Origin: Tubiluchus corallicola
Taxonomy: Eukaryota; Animalia; Priapulida
Assembly: GCA_030141605.1 (NCBI GenBank)
Contig: JAQGDQ010000359.1
Span: 1 to 64,000 of the forward strand
Direction of reading: 5' to 3'
DNA: 64,000 bases
Under the pieces are notes generated by a model, which ran no database searches, was not told where the DNA came from, and saw only the letters and a program-made list of their open reading frames with translations. Within the stretch, counting starts at the first letter, position 1; each line of letters begins with the position of its first letter. The position numbers were made by a program, and so were the translations under genes. Positions 1 to 13,500 of the stretch are shown here, in pieces.

Positions 1-3000
1 AGTTTGCAAGAGTTGACATTTATATAATTTACTTAAGTGACAGATACTAGTTGATTGCTTAAGATCATCTGAAAGAGTATTCCATAGAACTGTACCATTA
101 TGTTTTAAAGTTTGTAAACCTTTTGTTGTGTTAAATCTTTCCTGAAAATAGTTTTGTTTGGTAGCTGCTCTCGTAGAATACTGGTGAACGTCACTAATCT
201 TTTTGAAATAATTGCCGTATAATTTAGGTAGAATGCCCTTTTTATAGTTGAACATGAATTTCGCTAACTCAAGCTTATAAATTTCATTAATTTTTAATAA
301 TTGCAAAGCATAATAGGAGGGGGTAGCATGATCTCGGAACCCAGCAAAAGTCATTGTTTTGATAATTTTGTTATGTGCTACTGTAAGTGGTTTCAAAACA
401 GATTTTTTTGCTGTGCCCCACGATAAGATACAATACTTAATGTGTGGGTACACAATGGCAAAGTAAATCATTTTTAGTATATCCGTGCTCAAGTAATGCC
501 TCAATTTAAAAAATATACCTGTAACTTTGCTTACTTTGTAGGTAATATTTTTTATGTGTGTTGACCAATTAAGGGTGTCATCTATGTAGACGCCCAGATA
601 TTTTATGTCTGATACTTGTTCTAATAAACAGTCTTGCATGGATACTGTTATAATGGAGTTTTCATTGTTTTCAAATTTATTTCTTATGATCATAAATTTT
701 TTTTATTATAGTTTACTGTTAACTTATTTGTACGCATCCATGTGTTAATTTTGATCAGTTCTTCATTACTTTTAAGCTCAAGATTTTGCGTATCATTGTC
801 TGCTAAGAAGAGGTTAGTGTCATCAGCAAAAAGTCGTGTTTGCATGTTAGTACAAAGAGGGAGGTCATTTATATATATCAGGAAAAGAGGTGGACCCAAG
901 GTGGATCCTTGAGGTACACCACATTGTATTGAGCATAGGTCAGAGGCAAAATTGTCAACTACCGTAAATTGGTGTCTGTTCGTAAGATATGACTGGAATA
1001 GTTTTTGCGTGATTCCACGGATACCATAATAGTCCATTTTGTTGAGCAGAATGTCGTGTTGAACGGTGTCAAAAGCTTTTGTTAAATCAAGAAAGATGCC
1101 GCAGGTAAGTAATTTATTGTTCTAGGTTTGTCAGAAGATTGTCTATGATTTCAGCAGTTGCTAATATTGTGGAATGATTTTTGCGGAAACCGAATTGAAA
1201 ACACGATATTGTATCATTTTTGATTAAATATGTCATCAGGCGTTTATATAAAATTGACTCAAAAATTTTGGCAATGGGTGATATGAGTGAGATAGGTCGG
1301 TAGTTGTTCAGCTCGTTTGGATCATCTTTTTTATATATGGGGATTACTTTTGCCAGTTTTAAAGTGTCGGGGAATGTCCCAGTCAGAATTGACGCATTAA
1401 ACAGATTTGTAAGCGGAGCTATGATTATGTTTTTTGACATTTTGAAATATGTAATTGGGATGTCATAAGGGCATTTTGCTTTATTGGGATTTAGTCTATC
1501 AATAGCTCGGGAAATCTCGATTTCGCTAACTGGTGTGATATAGAAAGAATTTTCTTGGGGATGCATTAAATAGTCTGTATACTTACAGTTTTGGGGTTGT
1601 GTTATGCGTGATGCCAGTGATATACCAATGTTTGCAAAAAAACTGTTAAAAGCATTAGCTTTATGGTGCGGGTCGCATGAGATTGTGCCTTGGTAACGAA
1701 CTTTAGTTGGCATTATACTTGCTGTCTTTTTTTTAATTTTGAGAAGTTCATTGATAGTGCTCCAAGTTTGTTTCATGTTATTTTTGTTTGCAAGCAAGAT
1801 CTGGGAGTAATACTTCTTTTTGGATGCATGTTTGATGTGATTAAGTTTGTTAGAATATGTTTTATATAAATTTTGCTTATACAGTGAGTTGGATAACTTG
1901 TGTGTTGTATACATACGGCTTCTTGTTTTAATAGAATTTAGAATGCCGGGAGTGATCCATGGTTTAGCTATAGTTTTTGAGTTTTTCCTTGATAACGTTT
2001 TGAGTGGGGCATGTTTGTCAAGTAATGTTTTAAACGAGTCCATGAATTGTGAGCAGTAAGAGTGTATGTCTGCTTCGCCATCATTCAGTGTTAGGTTACT
2101 TATATTAACTTGAAGCTCGCTTAAAAAGTTACCTTGATTGAATGATCTCGTACATCTGACTGTTTTTTTAATGTTGTTGTGCAGGAGATTAGTATTTCTT
2201 ATAATGGCAAATATTGGCAAGTGGTCCGCAATGGGGTTAGTAATGATGCCAGATGTGATGGGTGCAGAAAGATTATTAGTATAAATATGATCAATTAGGG
2301 TGTGTGACGTTGGAGTACTTCTAGTTGGTCGCGTGATAATTGGTGTAAATTGATTTGAGAAGAGCATGTTGAGATACTTATTAATAAATGGTTTGTTATC
2401 ATGTTGATATAAGTCTATATTAATGTCTCCACATATATAAGCTGGTTTGCCTGTGGAGTTGATAGTGCCAAGAACTGATTCTAATTCGTCATGAAAATGT
2501 TCGACTGGGGTGTTTGGATGCCTATATATTATTCCAAATATAAAAGATTTTTTGTTATCGGTGGAAGCAATTTCAAGCCACAGGTCCTCAAGTGCTAGTC
2601 TACTAGTTGTACTAATCCCATTAACAATAGCATTTTTACAAGTTCTCATTTTGTATTCAGGTTTAATTTTAAAATTGAGGTTAGATTTTACATACACACC
2701 TACGCCACCAGCAGCTGTATTGGAATCATAATGTAAGAAAGAATATCCTGGAATGTTACATAAAAAAGTGTCAGATTCGTGAATTCTGGTTTCCGAGATC
2801 GCTATTAACTCAGGCATTTTTTGAAATTGTGTTAATGTATCAGTCATGTCTGAATAATATTTCCTCAAACTTGATGTGTTAAAGTGTATTATAAATGTGT
2901 CATTGTTTGCTTTATCTGTGGATTTATCACTACTCAGATTTGCAAGATTAATGTATTTACTGTCATACTGAAGTCTATAATTGTCGATGTCTGTATCATC

Positions 3001-3312
3001 TCTATTACAGTGGACTAGCGAAGAAGAGTCATAAATTGATGAAAAGCAAGATAAATCTTTTACAAAATTAGAAAATTGATAGTGATTAGTCATTTCCATA
3101 AATTCATCATCATCAATGAACTGCAAAGGAAGCACATCATTAATGCATTGCTGGCAGAAGTAACTGTCATTAGAACTTGCTAAATTTACAAAATCATGAT
3201 GAGACAACATTGTACACTTTAGATGTGTCCAGAGGAAACACACATCACATTGAATTGAGTTTTGATTTGCTTTGCAAGTTTTATTACACTTAGTACAATT
3301 AAAGCTAACCAT
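1..3312 (-). CDS. LINE ORF2: N-terminal PHD finger, APE-type endonuclease and reverse transcriptase; frameshifts near 1120 and 700
   Basis: PHD: CTKC...CDVC...HLKC...CQQC. Endonuclease: ISETRI, GGVGVYV, IYRHP, GDINID, LIDHIY, DHLPIF. RT: YRPISL, QFGFR, FLDLTKAFDTV, GVPQGSTLGP, LFADDT, KYLGVYID. The frame stays open from ~695 to position 1. Confidence 0.93.
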
Positions 3313-3349
3313 TACAATACGATATTGATTGAAACGAGTGAAGAAGTGA

Positions 3350-4224
3350 TTAGTGTTTTAATTTATCTACATCATCAAAATTGTTTACAGGGAAGGGTTC
3401 AGATGATTCAGTTTTCCTGATGAAAATCTGGCCATTTTTAGTCCAAACATACAAGATTACTTTGTTTCTTTTTAGTTCGAGACATTTGTTAAGTAATACA
3501 CGTCTACGATTAGTTAAACTTTCACTAATGTACACAAGATTATGTGAAACATACCCTAAATCACTAGCCTTAAGAGATCCATTTCTCTTGGGTTTGTTTT
3601 GCCACAAACAGTCTCTTACTTTCCGTTTTATAAATTTCACAATAATCTGAGGTGGTCTTGTAGCACTTTCTTTTCGTGGCAATCGATGGGAGATCGAGAT
3701 GTCCTCTTTACAGATGTTCACCTTGAGGGCTTGACCTACTTGACAAACAATTTCGTCAGTATTTTCATAATCACTAGCTTGGGGTATACCGGAGATAATG
3801 AGGGTGTCCCGTCGCCCATACTGGTCTAAATCATCCTGCTTTCTCTCTAGCTCGTTTAATTTTTTAGTAAGTTCATTGGTGGTCTTTTTAAAGCATCTGT
3901 CTCCATTTTAAATTGGTCAAATTTGCTGCTTATAAAGTCCTGGCTAGATTTAACTTGATCTGTGAGCTGCTTTAGTTCAGAGATTTCCTTGGATAATGGA
4001 AAAATTAATAATCTAACCTGTTGAATAATCCTTGCTTCCATAGCTGCTTGACTTTCTAGATCAGTGCCTTTACTGCTGTCCTCGAGACCTGACTCTGCTT
4101 GCGGTGTCATTTCTGATTCTGATAGTAGCCTCAGTAATTCACTTTTATTGACTTTTTCTCTTTGTTTTGGGCTTAACAGTCGAAACTCATCCAGGGTAAT
4201 GTTGTGATCGCTTGTCGAAGTCAT
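3350..4224 (-). CDS. LINE ORF1 (coiled coil plus RRM/CTD, L1-transposase/FP25K-like), one frameshift near 3885
   Basis: A -1 shift joins 4224..3886 to KTTNELTKKLNELERKQDDLDQYGRRDTLIISGIP...DISISHRLP...PQIIVKF...VYISESLT...YVWTKNGQIFIRK, giving about 291 aa with typical ORF1 motifs. Confidence 0.85.
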
Positions 4225-5104
4225 TCTGTACGCTCGTGTATGTCTGTGTTTACCGGTAACCGAATTCCTTTGTGAAGCTCCAAATGGCGGGAAAACTTGA
4301 ACGAAGCCTCCGCAATATCATCAATTTGTCAAAATCATACAGACTGCCGGTAAAATGAACAGCTTGCCAGTGCACAGACGATCTAACACTATAAATGTCA
4401 ACTGCATACGTGGTCCAAAATTATTTTGTCAGAATATAAAATCTGCTTTTGTACAAAAACGTACGAGAGACTATCAAATTTACGTGCGCCATGAACTGCA
4501 GCAGCGCCACTTACTGATGACGCTGGTTATACTGAGTGCATAATAATTTATTCATTTGAGATGAATGAATTTAATTTAATTGAAGTAGTTAAGTAAACCT
4601 TCCAGGTGAAATTCTGATATATGTGTGTCATATGTTTATGTCTATATGTCGTGTATCCTATATCTCTTTCTATTTATAGGCTTATAATAAAGTTATATAA
4701 CTTTGTATTGCTTACAGATGTAATTTAATGTTACCACAATAGTTAGAGGTTAAGCTATTAGTTTACTATTAGTGGCTTGAACTACATTGTCGGACAATTG
4801 TTTCATTCGTCAGCTATCTTCAATGGAAATCTTCTTAATTTTTTGCTCAATCTACTGGAGATCTCTTAATTGTGTATGGATGCTTTCTAGTATCACGATA
4901 TGCATGACACGGAAACATATTAAAGTCTGTCAAAAGAAAAAGTTGACAGCTTTTTTGTATGCTTAAGGAAAAGAGGACACTTAAGCGCACTAGTATAAAT
5001 ATCTCTGTCAGTATGCACTGCTTGCTGTAGCGTCTTAGCAAATTGTACAAAATATAGTCAAGTAGCCTAAATTAAGTGCCACTGTATTCTGTTTGTTTTT
5101 ATAG

Positions 5105-7494
5105 CCTTTTGTAGACACCCCTGATTTGGATTTTGTTTATGAAGATGCAGATAACCAACGTATCGAAATAGCTGGTAAGTTTGATTATTCGTATGGTAAA
5201 TACATATAGCTCTCTAAGCCAAAAAGTATTCACTACACTACATGCCCTATCTAGTCATGTGCTTATCTGAGTTAACACTCAACACCACAATTATCTCCAA
5301 ATCTCACATTTTTCTGATCTTTGTGAGACTTGTATGTAGTATGTGTTTGTTTTACCCACAACTGGGCACCAGAAAATTATGCCCTATTTTTTTACCCTTA
5401 ACCAATACCCAGTTTTATAGTTACATAGACAATGTAATTTCAGTATAGGTAAGAGAAATGGTGAGCAAACAACAAAACCAGGTGTTAAAAGTATTTCTGC
5501 CTTCAAAATTTAATTGACTTAATTAGTGATGGAGCAGCAAAATATTCTGGTGTTTTATTGTGACAACAAGCAAAATCTTTAATTCTCACCTGATGCAAAC
5601 AAAACCAATTTTAAGGAAAGGCTCTTTTAGACAACTCATAGTACGTTAAGGATGGAAACACATTTTTGAGAACATATTATTTTTTGTTTACGTTTTGAAT
5701 GTTTTTCTTACAATTTGATTAAGGGCTGACTTAGGATCCTATAGAGCTGAGATTGTGATAAGCTCAAATAATATATAATTGATCTATTACTAATCTATAC
5801 TCATCTGTTGTTCTTTTTTTTTTCCTAGAGCTGTATAGTTATACGGAAGAAAATGAATTTAAGTTTAATCAGCTGTTCTTTGAAGAACTGCTACAGCAAC
5901 ATGGTAATGTAGATATTTGTTAATTAATTTTCTGTTGAGCGCTTTTATATCTGGCGACCCATTAAAAACTTTGTTGAATTCAGATGTGCCAAAGCAAATG
6001 AATTTAAACGTACAACAAACTTGCTTAATATTGGTTACTATATCTAGCGCTCTCACAATCACATTCAAATTCACTTCTTTCATAAGGACATGTTGAACTT
6101 CTTCTAAGGTCATATCTTTTAATACTCACCTAATTTTAACTTCATTATTGGTAAATTTCTTTTGTAAGTCTCTAGTAAAATGTATCCATTTTATAGTTCT
6201 GAATTTGTTTTTTGGCAATACATGCTAAGAATTTGCTGTATAGTTGCAACCGTTTCTCTCACTGAAGGAAGATACACACCTTCACTGTGCCCGTTTCACA
6301 TTTCAGTGACCTATCTTGGATGGCGAGCTAGATTCCTGTCCTGCCAAAACCATTTAACATTAAAATCGTTGCTATGTGCTGAACTGATCAAAAATTAAAG
6401 TTTATTTTTTGCTTTTTGTTGGTTTAATGTTTATATTTTATTGCAGTGTCCTGCAAATGGCTTGAGTTGGATCGTCAAGCGAAAAAGCAGCATATACTCC
6501 GCCTGTTGGAGCTTATTGATGTATCAGACAGAAGTCCTCGTATGAAAGCTGTCCGATCTTTTTTATACCTCGTACAAGGTACGTCATGGTTAGCATGGAA
6601 CACTTTTGTTTCTGTTCATGTGCTCTCTTGCTGTTTCACAAGTGCTCTTGTAGAAGGCTTGTTGGTTATTTTAGTTTTGATATCGCTACTAATTTGAATT
6701 TTGCATTAAGTTGTCAGAGATGATCAATTCTGCCTGAAAATCTGGAATAGTCTCATTTCAGATATAATATAGTAAATGGGATGTGTAAGAATTTTATGTA
6801 TACAGTTTTTCACTGTGTCTTAAACTGATATAATTAATATATATTATTTATAACTGATATGATCTAAAATATAGTTTTAGACAAGCTGAATAGCCTACTT
6901 AGTCACTGCATGTACTTCTTGAGCAAAGTTAAGCAACACCAAGGCTGGTCAGTAAATAGTTTAAGTCACTATATTGGTTTGGTACTCGCTATGTGAATTT
7001 TCATTTGCCGAGCTAATTCTGATGGCTTAACTTGTTAAGGCTGGATGTATACCATTAGCACTTCGTTAAAACACTTCAGCTGGTTCATTATCTCATCATA
7101 GATGGTTGCATAAAACATTACATTGAATAAAAGCCGTTGATTACTGGATTTCAGCTTGCAGTGTACTGAAGTATAGAATATAATTTTATTTTTTACATGG
7201 AGCACACATTAAATTGTGTACACAATATTTCCATAATGGTCCATAACATGTTAGTATTAATTAAAATGTAAAATAGAACAGAATACCTTAAAATTAAACA
7301 AAACTAAAGACTGACTAAAGTACTAAAACAAATAAATCATAAAATGCTTTGTACAATTAGATATGGGCTGAAAGCAAAAGTTAGATAAAAGTACTAAATG
7401 AGACAAGTTAAAGTTTTCTACAAAATTAATCTTAATAAAACAAAAATTGAACAAAATTAGGCAAAAGTACTAAATTAGACATATTATGAAACTA

Positions 7495-7537
<43 letters not shown>

Positions 7538-10500
7538 TTCGTGAAATAAGACATAAATCTGTTTGTATAACTTCAGTCAGTAAATCTGTGTTTAAGAGTT
7601 AAAATTTCATTAATAAAAACATTTCTTGTGCCATAAAATACAGGAAACACAATTTTAAAACTTAATTACGTTTATAATTATATTAAAATGAATTACATTA
7701 AACCAGTAATTAATGATAAGAGTGAGAGTGATTTTGTCAATAAAATAATAATTAATGTTAATAATTATGCTAATTCTTTATCTGTTTTCAGGTGCATATG
7801 GAGAATGTGATCGTGAAGAGGAAGTGTGGACAACAGGAAGACAACATGTGTTTCTCCTTTATGAATGTGGTGTGTTTACCGCTCTTGTTGAGATGCTGTA
7901 CCTTGAAATAGAGTGAGCCATCTTCACAAGTTATTTAATATTACTGGCATGTGTTATGTGGTGCTTTTGAAATGCAGTTATTCATTATTTCACACGTTCT
8001 TTCTTATTGTTGTATTTTTTTTTAAATATCTGAATATTTGCATTTGCTCAAGGCTAACAGAAGTTAGTTCTTTTAAGTTTATTTATTTTTTTATTGTAAT
8101 GTAAGTCTTAAACGTCTATATACAAATCTTTTAGTTACACATATATGGCTATCAGCATCCAGTAGCATATTACATATAACTGAAACTGTTCTATTCTGAA
8201 ATGTCGTAGAATTACAATCACAAGAAAGTGGTTACGAGCGCATGGGTTACGTATAGAAACGGGCTGTTGGTCTCGTTTTCCCATGGAAGCCATGTGCCAG
8301 TGGGAATTTACAAACTGATTTTCACTGGATTTGTTACTGTGGTTATACACAAATTGTTTGGGATAAGGATTGGTGCAGGACTAGAATTTTGCATCTCTTG
8401 CAGACTTGCTGAAATTAATGCCGGTGTAAACTTTTGTATGTTAACCACAGAAGAGGCCGATTCAAATGCAGATGTTGGAACTGTATGACTAATTTTTTGA
8501 CAGAAAGATGTCGTGTTTTGCTTATTACCTAATGTGATGTTGGACTGTTATCTCTATGTACTTTATCTCGCTGTAGAATCTTATGAGTTCAGTCAATAAA
8601 CTAACTAGCTAACTGATCTAACTTCTCTAACTAACTGACTAGTATCCATAACATTTTAATTTTTAACAGCAACAACACTGCAGCATCATCAGCATTAAGA
8701 AAACCTGCAGTATCACTTGCTGATAGTACAGATCTTCGTATCACACTCAGCGTGTTGTACACCATGGTGGAAACCGTAAGGCTTGAAAGTGAAGACGATA
8801 CGCCCGAAGAACAGGAGCTTCGCGAAAACTTCATATATGATCTAGGTAATAACAGTTATAAAGAAAATAAAACATAGTTGTTATTGTATTGGCATTTGTA
8901 GTAACAGAAGCTGAAAAACTAAAAGAACTGTGACAAATTGCTATTTATATTATGAATTTGATATAATAATAGTAGTTAAAGTACAAGTACACTTTGCAAC
9001 CTGCACATTCTCATTCACTAATTATTATATAAGAGGATAAATGCATATATGTATATTGTATATGTATTAGTGAACTAATTCTGAGTTTTGGTTTCAATGA
9101 TATTGGTGTTAGAAGCATGAAAATGTCTCATCAGTTTTGCATGTGGGTTACAGGAAAAGGAAGGATAATAATAAGGAAAATGTACAGTAAGATGAAACTT
9201 TCTTAGTTATTGTTTTTATACACTATCACAGCTGGAAAAACATTAATAAAATTTTACCTTTCATATCATTATTGCTGTTTTTTAAACTTACTTTCTGGTT
9301 GAGAATCTGCTACCTTTATTCACTTGTCAAAGTGATTTTAAGAAATTATCCTTATTGTTAATACAGGAATGAGGCACAGAGTATTTTCATTTGACTTCGT
9401 TTTTTTAGGTCAACCTATTCTCGGCGATGATTTATTGGCTGTAGTTCTATTCAGCATGGTGACAAAATTCTGCGGAGGCACATCGCCACATTTTCCTATA
9501 AAGAAAGTTTTGCTGTTATTGTGGAAAACAATACTGGTAATGTGCATGCAATGGAATTGAAATAAATTATATGTTGTGACGTGCAAAATAGCAATAAGAT
9601 CATAATTTAAAAAAATTTAGAAAAAAAAATCAAATTTTTAATGATTTTTGTGACTTTACATTATCAGAATATATAAGCTATGTAATTTCGAAAATTATCT
9701 GTAAGGAATTGGCAGTTGTCTGGTTATTATTAAACTGAAAAGTAGACTAAAACTAATCTATGAATTTGAGAAGTGACACTTATAATGTTTATCTCTTTGC
9801 TACATTAAGTATTATATAAGTGAAAACATGCTAATTGAATGGATAATAACTTCTAGTAATCGTCATTGGACTTAATGCCATTTAAAAGCATTATACATCT
9901 GTGATGTAATTTTCTCTTTTTCATCTTGAGTTGATATAAATTAAAGGTACTTTCATGTTTGCCTGGTAAAAAATCATTGACGGCTGACTATTAGGTAATT
10001 TCTTTGCCTAGAAATAGTTGCAGGCATAAGGTTTACACAATATTTTTGGCCTAATTTTTACTGAGTTCAAAACATCGTGTAACAAATGTAATTTTTACTC
10101 AGGTATCGCTGGGTGGTATTAAACAATTACTAGAACTGAAGAACAAGTACAGGTCACAGGTTGAACTAGATCCAGTGACAGAAGACACGATTAAGGTTTG
10201 ACTGCATGATAGGCAATGCTGGTTTCATGTTGTTGCTTATGTGACTTCCTAACTCATCCTTGGCTTAACTGTCTCTTTCTAACTTTGACATTTTTATAAC
10301 TGTTGCTTGGATGCAAATACATGTTGTACACTGAAAATTCTTTTGCTTGTTTTGTTTTCTTGTTAATTTTGTTTTATTTTGCCACTTTGTACTGTCAATA
10401 ATTTAGTAATTGTCAATAATTTATTGCTTGTTCTTTTATTTATTACTGTATGTTATAGCTTATTTTTGTATTTCTCATTATTGCTTACGTTTATCCTATT

Positions 10501-13500
10501 CTAGTTTGTTTGATATGTACATTTGTTATGTAGTTACTTGAATGCTTTTATTGTGATTATTAGTTGCTATAGCATTATAAAAAACTGACAAAATTATTCT
10601 ATAAGATGGCCATTATGACAAGGTAAACATACAGAGCAAGGTGAGCAGAGTCTGTTGTTTTTTACTTTGCGGACGTCATGCTTTAACATTTTTACAATCT
10701 GCAAAAAAAACAAAATAAACTTAATTGTTGGTAATTGTTGCTTGTTCTTTTGTACTTAGCTATAGCTGAGTCCACAAAATCTACAAAGAAGAAATCCACT
10801 TCTAATCGGCTGTAGTAAATCTGTAAAGCTCTTAAATTCTCCTCTGCTTAAAGTCTGCAAAAATCTGCAGATATTGACTCTGCTCACCTTTGATACAGAG
10901 TTAGCTTCTGACTAAGAGTTAATTTACAGCAGTATAATGTCAGTTGGCTACCAACGTTTACCATGTAATAGGTATATTTGCTGCATGAAGATAAACCAAT
11001 CACTCTAACTGATATGAATTATTTAGCCAACTGCAACAGTTTTTTTTCTGAAAATTCTTTTACTAGATTTTTGCTCATTTTTATCTAAAATGTAAGAGAT
11101 GAATGTACTTCATACTGCAAAAGCTTTCAGCCTACACATAAAATAATTATATGCTTATCCATGACTCTAAAAATATATAATCAAAGTGAAAGGAGCTACT
11201 TAAAAGCTAATTTAGCTGATGATCTTTTTAATGTAAGGTCCAAATCAATTCAAATCAGTATAATTAGAACAGTATTGTGATAAGAGAAGTTTATATAAAT
11301 GAGCTGAGTAACTTCTAGTAGATATGTTAGATTGTCCGCACTATTTTGCACTTGGTAGCCCAGTGGAAAAAAACAATTTGTCTCGATTAATTTTTCAAAC
11401 TCTACAAACCTATGAAATATATGTTGATTTTCATTTTATATGATAATTTAAATTGAAATGTCAATTACTAGAGTACTATAAAATGATGCGTAACTGTTTA
11501 TATGTCATACATACATGTATAAAAGTGTGAAACAGATGAAAATATACATCTGAATTTTTTTGTTAGGTAACAAGGAATATGAGAGCCGCATCACCACCAG
11601 CATCTGCAGCGGACTTGATAGAACAGCAGCAGCAAAGGAGGCCAATCGTACGTGCCAGAAAGGGGGTATGCTTAATCCACTGCTAAATCGCATTTTTCAG
11701 CATGAATGTAGGGCCAGCCAAATGTGAATATTGTTGGTTGAATGTTCAAAATTGATTTTTAGTAGCGGGCTTCTCAGTTAAGTGTACTGAGTGACTTTTA
11801 CTTATTTCCGTCCTATCATTGGTACAAAACCGTATAGACAGTTTTGTTTAATTTATTACGTAGCATTGATGATAGCATAAATGTGAAGCTATTTTAGCAT
11901 AGTTTTTTGTGACTGTCAATCTAAAAAGCTTTGGGCAAGTATGGTCTCAGCTATTTGTGCTTTGTAGATGCCCTGTACAGAACAAAGAGAAAAAAATATT
12001 TTATTTGGGTTTCCTGTAATCACATAACAGAACATGCTCAAAATTCACATTAAAAACTACAAAAACTGATTTTTGCTGCATACGTGCTAAGAAGAAAATG
12101 TTATAAAGTATGTTTGCTGCTGTCCATGAGTGGATAAAAGTTTTTGTAACGTACGCAATGAATTTCTTTCATAAAATCGCTTATAATTTTACTAATGACA
12201 AGGGCCACAAATGCCTTGAGTGATTTTTCTTAACTAATTTATTTAAATTCTGTGATTTGGTTTCTAACCATTATGCCAATAATAAATACGCTTGTAGTAC
12301 ACAGTTTGTCAATTTATTTGCAATTTTGTCCTTTGTTTATTTGTAACCAATGGCATGTTTATAGTTATTTGCAATGTAATGCACACAGTTTACATGTGTT
12401 CACTATCCAACGTGAGTGCGTGTGTGCTCATAATATTATGCAGTCTTCTCACAACTGTCACATGATCACCACATTTGCTCTGGTTCTAACCAATCAGCTA
12501 AATCATTATTAAAAATTTTTATATTAGGATTCTTACATCAGGCCATTGTAGATTCCTTAAAAATAAATGTATCAGGTCTCTCTATTTTTCTATGTTTAGT
12601 TAGTAGCTTAACAAATTATGCATTTTCTTGATGGGATACATTGGAAGCCTATATATATCAAAACTGTATTTCTGTAGCAACTAAATGCTAAAATGCATTG
12701 TACATCCAGTGAGTCAGTGACATTTTGTTTGCAGCTTTTGCTAACTACACTCATTGAATTAACTCCTAGTATTTTCTCTTAGTTGTGAAAACTGAAAACA
12801 AAACTCGCAAACTTAAAATGTAGAAATTAACTAAGTACTTTTTAATACTAAATCTGTGCATAGAGATGTACTTGCAAACTGTTATGAGTTGTAAAACCTC
12901 ATACCGGCGGTCGTGTGATTCTGTTTGGCCATTACATTCCAGCATGTATCTCCATTTTGCAACAGTAATTAGATGCCATGATCAGGTGCCATAATCTGCT
13001 ATTATTATGATCAGATATCATGACCTTTGATAACTTTATTATAAAGCTTGATCACTCTTGTACAACTGACCATGCCGGTATCATTACACATTTCCTTATT
13101 CAAATTTCCAGCAGCCTTACTCCTGCGTGATTATGTTGAGGCAGCACTTATTTGCTTGGCCTCTTGATGCCCATAATGCTCAAGTTGACGGGGACGCTTT
13201 TTGTGTTTTGGCTAAGGAACTCGACCCAAATCCCACTCATCTGGATGTTGTTCTTGTTGGGGGTTATGATAAAAGCCTTGGGCTAACCAATTTGCAAAGT
13301 ATTGTCATTGGACTTCACACGAATATACTATAACGAACACTACATCGACTGAATGCCTCAGATTTTAGATCCGTTTTGTTTTTGAATTCATGATGGCGGT
13401 GATAACATTATTTTGAAAGAAGTGCATAAAACATCGCCAATTTGCAATGGATCATCAAAAACTGTGCAGAAAATTACTAGAGAGAATTCTACATTGACTG

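Larger units (their letters stand above)
1..4510 (-). mobile_element. Near full-length non-LTR retrotransposon (CR1/L2 group, Crack/Daphne-like); 3' end runs off the window
   Basis: CpG-containing 5' leader (~4225-4510; 5' boundary approximate), ORF1 4224..3350, 37-nt spacer, ORF2 from 3312 to beyond position 1. Only three single-base frameshifts interrupt it. Antisense to the STRIP gene. Confidence 0.93.

Noticed and set aside
4501-4524. Hairpin CAGCGCCA...TGACGCTG containing CTGATGA, as a hammerhead ribozyme at the LINE 5' end
   Set aside because: No GAAA core or helix II/III in register; only a simple hairpin.
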